Positions 1 through 9,430 of a DNA stretch of 64,000 nt are shown in pieces (position 1 is the stretch's first letter; each line of letters begins with the position of its first letter). The position numbers and the translations under genes were made by a program. Origin of the DNA: Octopus vulgaris (Eukaryota); the NCBI GenBank assembly GCA_951406725.2, contig OX597827.1, positions 75,826,001-75,890,000 of the forward strand. Direction: 5' to 3'. The notes beneath the pieces are model-generated. The model made no database searches. It was not told where the DNA came from and saw only the letters and a program-made list of their open reading frames with translations.

Positions 1-52
1 ACACCAGCATTGGTTGTCAAGCAATGCTAGGGGGACAAACACAGACACGCAA

Positions 53-83
<31 letters not shown>

Positions 84-255
84 CATATATACGACAGGCT
101 TCTTTCAGTTTCCATCTACCAAATCCACTCACAAGGCATTGGTCAGCCCGGGGCTATAGCAGAAGACACTTGCCCAAGATGCCACGCAGTGGGACTGAAC
201 CCGGAACCATGTGGTTGGTTAGCAAGCTACTTGCCACACAGCCACTCCTGCGCCT
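1..255 (-). mobile_element. tRNA-derived SINE family A (cut by window edge)
   Basis: Minus strand starts GGAGTGGCTGTGTGGCAAG...GGTTCAGTCCC (A/B-box-like); near-identical copies at 3635, 28855, 32365, 54625. Confidence 0.85.
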
Positions 256-1387
256 ATGCTGATTTTGTATGACTAGATCATAGACAGGCCAGTTTCGATT
301 GGGACTGGCTGTTAAATTGATTTGACTTTGGTGAAATAATTGATTCCTTGTTTATTTAAAAATATGTGCAGCATGGTACAATGTTCTCTTCAACAGATGT
401 GATGCCGCAGATTTTTATAAAGGAAATAAGATTTGAGATTAACAGATGTGCAGGCCTTTGTTAGGATTGTTAGCAACTTGAATGATTTGAAATGGATATA
501 ATCAGGAATGGAAGTGCAATAATAGACCCAACTCATCAGATGCATTCACCTTCATAACATAAATATATTAAATGATGTTTTTTTTTACTTTCACTTTGGC
601 ATATGGCCACAAATTGGAAGGTGGGCGGATATAGTTGGATGAATCCCAAGAAAACACTGTTATTTATTTCATCAATCCCAGAAAGAAAAAAACGACATAG
701 GTTATAGGCATGGGTGTGTGGTTAAGAAATTTGGTTTGCAACCACATGGGCCTGAGCTCAATCCCATTACACAGCACCTTGAACAAGTTACCTCTCCATA
801 GCATCAGATTTATAAGTGAAATTTGGCTGATGAGCATTGTAGAGATGCCCATTGTATGTTGGGTTTAGCCTATTGTGTCAATCAAAGTGCTTATTTTATT
901 GATCTCTATTTGTCTAACAGCTAACTTGCATAAACAGGTTCATAAAGAGATGTTACACTTAGCTTTGGTTACTTATTTGTTTTAGACTGATGTCACATAT
1001 ACATATATTTACAACATTATACACACATACACAGAATATATAAACACACTCATACATACACACACACACAATATTGTGATTTGAGTGTTGAAATCACAAC
1101 CATAAGGTTGTAGGTTCATTTCCTAGAGTAGGTAGCAGATTGTGTTTTGAGCAAGGTACAACATTGTACACTACACCAGTCTCCTCAGTTAAAATGAGTA
1201 CCAACTTAGTGTTGGCCCAGCCCTTTCTCCATCACTAATGTTCCACTGTGTCAGGAGTGGGAGAGCCAATAGGGTGTTGATGACAGTTCAGTTATATAGG
1301 GGCTCAAAGCAATTACTGAATGTATGGTATATGTTATGAAATCATGCTCACTTGTAAGTAACAGCTATGGTTGGTTTCTGTACAGAA

Positions 1388-1570
1388 TCATCATCATCAT
1401 TTAACTTCCGTTTTCCATGGTGGCATGGGTTGGATAGTTTGACAGCAGATGGCAAGATGGAGAGCTGCACCAGGCTCCAATTGCCTGTTGGCACGGCTTC
1501 TATGGCTGGATGCCCTTCCTATTGCCAACCACTTTACAGAGGGTACTGGGTACTTTTTACATGACACTGA
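1388..1570 (-). mobile_element. 3' end of RTE-type LINE family C, (GAT)n tail, diverged
   Basis: (CAT)n-TTTAAC...GGATGCCCTTCCT motif shared with 43675-44574. Confidence 0.7.
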
Positions 1571-2347
1571 CATGGGTGTTTATTAAGTGGCACCAGCTCG
1601 GGTGCATTTTATATGGAACCGGCAGAGGTGCCTCTTACGTGTACTGGTGGCACAGTTGCTTTTTACATGACTGGACTGGTGCTTTTTATGTGGTCGTTTT
1701 TACTCCTCCAGTGGGGTTAAGAGGAGTGGAACTGGGTGGGGGGAGTAGCTGTGTGCCAGGTGAGTATGATAGTGGGACAAGGGAGATACTTGGCCACCCC
1801 AGTAAGACAAGGAAAGAAAAGGAAGGTGAGAGATAGTTAGAGAGAGAGAGAGAGAGAAATAGATGGTGGGTGTTGGAGATGTACTGGGGCCTACTCACAG
1901 TGAACAACAGTAAGGGGGAGAGTATAAATAGTGCAGAAGTTTTGAGTGGGGTGGAATGTTCAGGCTTCTGAACAGTATCCATTTACAAAACTTCAGTCAC
2001 AAGGTATTGCTTAACCCAAAGCTATGACCGTGATAAAAGACCCCTTCCCAGGGCCTCATAATTTGTAATCAAATCAGGAACCATGAAAGTTTGAAGCCAA
2101 TCTCCTAATCACACAGCAAAGTTTGTGCCATGGTTTCAGTTTATTGTCTGTAATGTTCGATATAACCAACCCTGTGTACCACCCAGACAATCCCACTGAA
2201 GCAGACCTACAGCAATGAAACTGTGGCTGAGGTAAAAAAAAAAAGAAAAAAAGAAAAGAAGAAATGCAGTGGGCAGCAGTGCCATCAATGGGCATTTGAT
2301 TGATTAGCTCTGTTGTTTAGTCCAAGATCAGCCCTCATCCAACAGAC

Positions 2348-2565
2348 TTAACCCATTATTCTGCTAAAATTAATCCTTTTTTTATCCATATTGCCTTGAA
2401 CTAATCAGGCATTATCTTGGTGCTATGAGATTTTGATGAGGTAGCTGTTAATTTTTAAAACGATATTGTAGGGCTGGTGTGAGAGACCAGATCTGACCAG
2501 TTTGAACATAAAACAGGCAGAATACTTTTGGCCGGATATGGCCGGTTTAAATGCTAAAGGGTTAA
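2348..2565. mobile_element. piggyBac-like MITE family 1
   Basis: TTAA-CCC...AAAGGG-TTAA ends; homologous to 6131-6357 and 49739-49947. Confidence 0.75.
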
Positions 2566-2743
2566 GACCAAACATGTTCCAGTCATTGCCATCCCAATAT
2601 TTTGTCAGCTATAATGTATTTAGGACTACATGACCCAATGTAAAGACAATGTAGTATGATTTGAGAGAGGTTTGGTTGTTGTTTCTAGCATGCTGAGTGA
2701 CCATGTAGAGGCTTTCTGAATGGTTTGTATATTAATCATGAAA

Positions 2744-3040
2744 AAACATTCGAGCGAGGTTGCTGCCAGTGCTGCTGGACTGGCTTCTGTGCAGATGGAG
2801 CATAAAAAACACCATTTGAACGTGGCCGTTGCCAGTACCACCTAACTGGTCCTTATGCAGGTGGCACGTAAAAGCACCCACTACACTCTCGGAATGGTTG
2901 GCGTTAGGAAGGGCATTGAGCTGTAGAAACTCTGCCAGATCAAGACTGGAGCCTGGTGCAGCCATCTGGTTCGCCAGTCCTCAGTCAAATCGTCCAACCC
3001 ATGCCAGCATGGAAAGTGGATGTTAAAGGATGATGATGAT
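2744..3040 (+). mobile_element. 3' end of RTE-type LINE family C
   Basis: GGCGTTAGGAAGGGCAT...GTTAAAGGATGATGATG tail. Confidence 0.75.
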
Positions 3041-3634
3041 GGTGATTACTGTTGTTGTTATTGCTGCTGTTGTTGTTTAGCTCCTGATTGAGCAGACTTA
3101 TGATTGAAGGTGTTCAAGTTGTGACCATCCAGCCTCTTGTTTTCAGAAAGATTGTGTATGTTCTCCTTTTAAGACTGTAGAGTGTGATTTGAGGGAGAGT
3201 GGTGGTTATTTCTAGCAGGTTGAGTGTCTGTGTAGTGGCAGCTCCATCGGTGTCACTCCTTAGAGTAATGAAAATGTTATATCATGATAGTTGATTGGAT
3301 TCCACTGTGTAAAGCTCCTATTTACTAATTAATTAGACAGTCTAGACTGGCATTCTGCCATTGACTCATCGTCTTCTTGCTTGTTGATTATAAGGAAACC
3401 TTGTTATTTGGTTGGTTTTTGTTGACCTCCAGGTCATCAGTGACTTCCTCGTCGTGACAGAGAATGGTCAGAAGTTGGGGGTGGGAAGTAAATCCATTGT
3501 GATGGTTGTGTCACTGAGCAAAGTAAATAACTTTGCTTGATCTAACATGGCTATTCAATCTGCTTGAAATAACAGCTAAATATCTCTTAAGGTCACACCT
3601 CACTGACTTCATCAAAGAGACTAACCCATCAGAT

Positions 3635-4020
3635 TACTCTTTCACTTGTTTCAGTCATTTGACTGCAGCCATGCTGGAGCACTGCCTTTTTTAGTCAAGC
3701 AAATCGACCCCAGGACTTATTCTTTGTAAGCCTAGTACTTATTCTATCGGTCTCTTTTGCCGAGCTGCTAAGTGACAGGGACATAAACACACCAGGATTG
3801 GTTGTCAAGCGATGTTGGGGTGACAAACACAGACATACACATACATATACATATATACGATGGGCTTCTTTTAGTTTCTGTCTACCAAATCCATTCACAA
3901 GGCTTTGGTTGGTCCGAGGCTATAGTAGAAGACACTTGCCCAAGGTGCCACACAGTGGGACTGAACCCAGAACCATGTGGTTTGTAAGCAAGCTACTTAC
4001 CACACAGCCACTCCTGCACC
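3635..4020 (-). mobile_element. tRNA-derived SINE family A, full length
   Basis: tRNA-like head, internal (TA/CA) microsatellite, tail ...GCATGGCTGCAGTCAAATGACTGAAACAAGT. Confidence 0.85.
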
Positions 4021-4687
4021 TATTGATAATTGAAAAACTAAAACAAGATAGGATCATAATGGCTAGAATGCATTTTGATTAAAAATCTTCTTGATGAGAG
4101 TTGACCTGGGGCTAAAAAAGAACAGCAACAACTGCTCCACTAAAAACAAATAACAATAATAATTCCATCCTTTGGATCATGCAAAGAATCCGTTGAATTT
4201 GATATAAAACAGTAAACAATAATTTTTGATCCAGATGACCATCATTAGTACAAGTAGTTGGTCAGTAGTAGCCTCTTAACTGAGGAAGTGATGATGCTTG
4301 ACTGAGGTCAGGCTTTTGTACTTTGGTGTGTGAAGTTGTGGCGTGTGTATCCTCAAGTATCCTATCAGAGTGTCCTTGTTTGACCACGAGTGAAGTGGAT
4401 GACACTTAGTCAAGTTATTTTACTCTTTCATAGTAACAGTGGTCAGGTTTTCACTAAGGTCACTGTGTTGGTGTTGGACATAAGTTTTTAACCTTTCTAT
4501 TACAGGCTTCTTTACAGTTTCTATCTACCTGATTTCAATTTAGAAGGCACTGGCAATTCATGGCTATGGTTGAAGATACTTGCTCAAGGAGCCATGCAGT
4601 AAGATCAAACCTGCAACCACATGGCTGCAAAGCAAACTTCTGAACCACATGGTCGTGTTTGCACTCCCCTAGAAGGTTTTCTGTGAC

Positions 4688-4906
4688 TTAAGTTCAAACC
4701 AGCCATATCTGGTTCAAATATTCCAACTGTTTTATGTTCAAATTGGCCAGATCCAGCCTCTTACACCTACCCAACAATGTCATTCTAAAAATAAACTATC
4801 ACATCATTGAAATCTCAAAGCTGCAAGATAAGGCATAATTAATTCAAGACAATGTGAGAAAATAAGCATGAGACTTGACAGAGTAATCTGATTGCTAAAG
4901 GGTCAA
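4688..4906. mobile_element. piggyBac-like MITE family 1, reverse orientation, degenerate ends
   Basis: Reverse complement of 6131-6357. Confidence 0.6.
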
Positions 4907-4956
4907 ATATGTTCTACGTATGGGTAAGAGGGGTTCCTGGCATTATTAAATGGAAA

Positions 4957-5056
4957 TAGGTTTGGTGGAAGATTTTAATTCAAAACTTATGAAAATAAGA
5001 CATTTGGACTACAGAGCCAGAGCCGGTTTCAGCTGGGTTGGTAACGAAAGGGTTAA
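4957..5056. mobile_element. piggyBac-like MITE family 2, right half
   Basis: Ends GGTAACGAAAGGG-TTAA; matches the right half of 50375-50603. Confidence 0.7.
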
Positions 5057-5423
5057 ATGGAAATGGCTTTCATGTGGTAGTGACAGATGGAGAATGAATG
5101 CTGGGTCTGGGCACTGAAAGTGGAGGGTAAATGTGGAAGAAATGGGGGGGGGTGGTGATGAGGTCTAATTGCCAGGTTGCTGGAAGTTACATATGACATG
5201 ACCAAGGCAAAATTACATACTGCAGATTTTCCCCCAACACTTACCTGCTTGATAAAAGGGATATTAACATGGTGGCTCCTAATAAGTCCACCTCCGTATC
5301 ACATATGTTTTTAGATTGATATGATGAGTAGACCAGTGAGACAGAATGAACACCTATACTCATTGCCATTAGTGAACTGGTTTACCATTTTAGTATGGTT
5401 CCAGTTGATATGCTTCTTATAAT

Positions 5424-5897
5424 ACCTATTTCTTTACTACCCACAAGGGGCTAAACACAGAGATGACAAACAAGGACCGACAAACGGATTAAGTCGATTA
5501 TATCGACCCCAGTGCGTAACTGGTACTTTTTTAATCGACCCCGAAAGGATGAAAGGCAAAGTGGACCTCGGCGGAATTTGAACTCAGAACGTAGCGGCAG
5601 ACGAAATACCGCTAAGCATTTCGCCCGGCATACTAACGATTCTGCCAGCTCGCCGCCCTAAAATGTATTTCTTTACTACCCACAAGGGGGGCTAAACATA
5701 GAGGGGACAAACAAGGACAGACAAAGGGATTAAGTCAATTACGTCGACCCCAGTTGAAAACTGGTACTTTATTTATCGACCTCGAAAGGATGAAAGGCAA
5801 AGTTGACCTCGGCGGAATTTGAACTCAGGACGTAATGACAGACGAAATACGGCTACGCATTTCGCCCGGCGTGCTAACGTTTCTGCCAGCTTACCAT
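5424..5897 (-). mobile_element. Two tandem copies of tRNA-derived SINE family B (Nin/Deu-like core)
   Basis: Head GGCGGCGAGCTGGCAGAA, B box GAGTTCAAATTC, core GACTTTGCCTTTCATCCTTTCGGGGTCGAT; copies ~5424-5659 and ~5665-5897. Confidence 0.85.
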
Positions 5898-6130
5898 CAC
5901 AAGAACTAGCAGTAAGAGTATACTGTTACTCCTTGGATGACCAAAACAGAGGAGTGAATTTGTGGAGGCACAAAGCCATGCCTCAGAAATTCAACAAGCA
6001 GAATGATGATACTACAGCAGATTTCTCTACATTGAATCTCATTCTGTCCTTTGAGGCAATGAGAGAACCTATCTCTCGTGGTTATTGCTAGAATAACAGT
6101 TGAATCTCTTTCAAATCACACCTTTCTAAC

Positions 6131-6357
6131 TTAACCCTTTAGTGTTCAGATTATTCAATCGAACATAATGCCTATTGATTCCCATTTATTTGAATTAATC
6201 ATGAATTATCTCATATTTTCAAGAGCTTGATGGTGTAATTACCTAATGTAGAATAACATTGTAGGGTAGGTGTGAGAGCCTGGATCTGATCAGTTTGAAC
6301 ATAAAACAGATTAACTATTTTGGCTGGATATGGCCGGTTTAAATACTAAAGGGTTAA
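6131..6357. mobile_element. piggyBac-like MITE family 1
   Basis: TTAA TSD at both ends, TIR CCCTTTAGT/ACTAAAGGG. Confidence 0.85.
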
Positions 6358-6967
6358 ATAAAAAAAATAGACACATTGAATAGACATTCCTTAGACAACA
6401 TATGCTGGAATGCATGTGACCAAGAGCCTGCTTGATCAGACCTGGGGCTAAACAGCACTAACCTTAATATCTTATAGAAATAAACTGAAAGAACAGATTT
6501 ATTTATTTAATATAACATTTAGTGAACAATATCCTCGTTGGTTAATAGGTTTCCAATGGGCCAATCATAAAAGTGATAAGGGAGAGTCTGTGCAACTTGG
6601 ACAGAACAAAAATGCCACAGGGTATTTTGTTCAAATATATCAATGAAAAATATATATCGTCACCTGATACCAGCTGTTAGTGAGGCTGTCCTGTATCCCC
6701 TAAGACTAAAGAATCTTCACTACTGTATGATGTGCTTATTTGCTCGAGGCAAGAGACCAAGAGGTGGGATAGAGATGAATGTTAACAGAAGTGAACAATG
6801 GTAAGTGTAAGCAATGAGTGTCAGTAAGTGGTTTGGGAGGAAAGGGAGTGATGACTGGCAGCACAGAAAAGGGGATGATGGGCAGGACCAGATACTGCAA
6901 ACATTACTAACTCTAGTGGCCATATTATAGTGAATAGATTATAGTGGATGTTAGAGGATGATGACGA

Positions 6968-7200
6968 TAAGGCGGCGAGCTGGCAGAAACGTTAGCACGC
7001 CGGACGAAATGCATAGCCGTATTTTGTCTGCCGTTACATTCTGGGTTCAAATTCTGCCGAGGTCGACTTTGCCTTTCATCCTTTCGAGGTCGATAAATTA
7101 AGTATCAGTTACGCACTGGGGTCGATGTAATCGACTTAATTCGTTTGTCTGTCCTTGTTTGTCCCCTCTGTGTTTAGCCCCTTGTGGGTAGTAAAGAAAC
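6968..7200 (+). mobile_element. SINE family B, full length
   Basis: AAGGCGGCGAGCTGGCAGAAACG...GTGGGTAGTAAAGAAA. Confidence 0.85.
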
Positions 7201-7599
7201 ATATAGTGAATAGAAATACAGGTAACTGGGGGGGGGGGGGGAGATGGGAGAGTGATAAAAAGATATGTGATGGGGAGGTGAGAGGGTATCAAAGAGGCTG
7301 GGCTGGAAGCAGGATATAGATCATACGGTACAGCATTGGGTAAAGTGTCGCATGATACTTGTTCTGGCTCTCTACATTCTGAGTTCAAATCTCACCATGG
7401 TTAATTTTATCTTTTCATCCCTTAAAGGATCAATAAAATAAAAATATTAGTCAAGTGTCTTGTCTTGAATATTCTGTTGGATCTGTAAGAGTCCAAAGAA
7501 TTTCTCTGTCTACTTGCAACTTATACAGACACCTAAAAACATTAGCAAATGGCATTGTGCAGACTATTACCAAGTCATTCTCAATGTATGACAACTGTA

Positions 7600-7637
<38 letters not shown>

Positions 7638-7750
7638 CACAAACACACACACACACACGTGCGCGCAGTGGGCCTAAAGTCAAGCACCAAAACAGTTGAC
7701 ATTTTATTTGTATTACTGGAGAAAAACGGAACCAGTGTGACATTCTTTGA

Positions 7751-8470
7751 GGGCATGTGGCTTAGTGCGTTGCACTCGTGATCTAGCAGTTGTGGTTTCA
7801 ATTCCTGGACTGGGTGGTGCGTTGTGTTCTTGAGCAAAACACTTCATCTCGTGTTGCTCTGTGATCACTTCAACACTTGATGCACGATACACAGTGCACC
7901 TGTTCTCTATCTATCTATCTATCTGCTCAGTCGAAGTCGACTCTCGGTTACTCGTTGGATCAGTGTCCTCCAGTCAGTTCTATCCTGGGCCGCTTCCTTC
8001 AGATTGGTTATGTCCATTCCGGTATCACTCTTGATGGTGTCAAGCCAGCGGGTTCTTGGTCAGCCTCTTCCTCTCTTGCCACTGACCATTCCGACCATGA
8101 TGTCCTTCTCCAGGGACTTTTTCCGCATAATATGACCGAAATATGCCAATCTATGCTTGGTGATCCTAGCTTCTAGCGACATTTTCGGCCTGATCTGCTT
8201 AAGAACTTCTCCATTGGTGAGCCTCGCTGTCCATGGAATCCGTAAAAGTCTTCTCCAACACCAAAGCTCGAATGCATTAATTCTCTTCTGGTCAGCTTTC
8301 TTTAGTGTCCAGGTCTTGCATCCATATGTTGCACCTGTTCAGACAACATCAGTTTGATGTAGGGGGTGAGTTCATGTGTGGCATGAACATTTGATTACTA
8401 TAAACAAATCATTTGTGCAGGTCTTTCAGCAAAAGCTGGATGCTCATGCGTCATCTTCGACAGAAGAGTC
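7751..8470 (+). mobile_element. Older tRNA-like SINE interrupted by a BovB-like LINE
   Basis: GGCATGTGGCTTAGTG (A box)...GGTTTCAATTCC (B box); resumes at 8341 after the insertion; (ATT)n tail. Confidence 0.6.
7906..8329 (-). mobile_element. 5'-truncated RTE/BovB-like LINE with 11-bp TSD
   Basis: Translates TYGCKTWTLKKADQKRINAFELWCWRRLLRIPWTAR...RLAYFGHIMRKKSLEKDIMVG...RGRG*PRTRWLD; (AGAT)n tail; TSD TGCACCTGTTC at 7895-7905 and 8330-8340. Confidence 0.9.
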
Positions 8471-8647
8471 CATTATTATTATTATTATTATTCTTCACCA
8501 TCATCATCATCATGTACAAATACATGTGTATTCATCATTATTTTATTTATTTTGTTCAATTTTAGAAAAACTGAAACTTGTCTCAAGCATATTCAACTTA
8601 TTTTGTGTGTGACTTTTGGCCCATCTTGTATGTGTATTTATATATAT

Positions 8648-8831
8648 AACGGGAAGGTTTACGAAAATAAGCAAAAGACGAAGGCAGGTGGAGTACAAAC
8701 AAACAAATGTATTAGTATGGCGCTCAGGAATAGAAATAGAACAAGTCTTTTACGTTTCGAGCCTACGCTCTTCGACAGAAAGATACACAGAAAAGAAACA
8801 AGGAGAGAAAAATATGCGTGTAGGAGCTAAC
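8648..8831 (-). mobile_element. Penelope-like terminal fragment containing a minimal hammerhead motif
   Basis: Between (TA)n tracts; minus strand tcttt-CTGTCGA-A-GAGC-GTAG-GCTC-GAAA-CG-TA-aaaga at 8746-8783. Confidence 0.6.
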
Positions 8832-8867
<36 letters not shown>

Positions 8868-8869
8868 CA

Positions 8870-9075
8870 TCATTATCGTTTAACATCCGCTTTCCATGCT
8901 GGCATGGGCTGGATGGTTTGACTGAGGACTGGTGAACCAGAGGCTGCACCAGGCTCAATCTGATCTGGCAAAGTTTCTACAGCTGGATGCCCTTCCTAAC
9001 GCCAACCACTCCAAAAGTGTAGTGGGTGCTTTTATGTGCCACCGGCATGAAGGCCAGTCGGGTGGTACTGGCAAC
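8870..9075 (-). mobile_element. 3' end of RTE-type LINE family C
   Basis: CATCATTATCGTTTAACATCCGC...GGATGCCCTTCCTAACGCC. Confidence 0.75.
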
Positions 9076-9260
9076 AAAATGTCCAACAGCCTCACTATAC
9101 GCTAGTAGGTTTCACACATTGATCACACCCCACTGGATCCTTTTTGTATAAAATTTCTTTCAGTCTTTTGGTTTAATTTACATTTGATAGTATTTTATTT
9201 TTACAGTTTGTTAATGTTGAATATCTTTTTCGAATTTTCAAACATATTTATCTAATTGTC

Positions 9261-9282
9261 ATTTTTTTTTTTCATTTTTCAG
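9261..9282 (+). promoter_or_regulatory. Putative 3' splice acceptor of the ZNF coding exon
   Basis: T11-CATTTTTC-AG|G, 148 nt upstream of the ATG. Confidence 0.65.
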
Positions 9283-9430
9283 GTTCATCTAATTTGTTTT
9301 TAACAAATTGGATTTGACAAGAGGAGATTTTTGAAAATTCAGAGCTGTCACTCATTTGTTGTGGTATTTAAGCTATTTTTTTTTTCTAAACCATAAATTA
9401 TATTTGAAAGGCAGTTAATCTCCACCCAAG

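Noticed and set aside
14-272. Recurrent short ORFs (e.g. EDTCPRCHAVGLNPEPCG, RPRKDERQSRPRR)
   Set aside because: Translations of SINE families A and B, not genes
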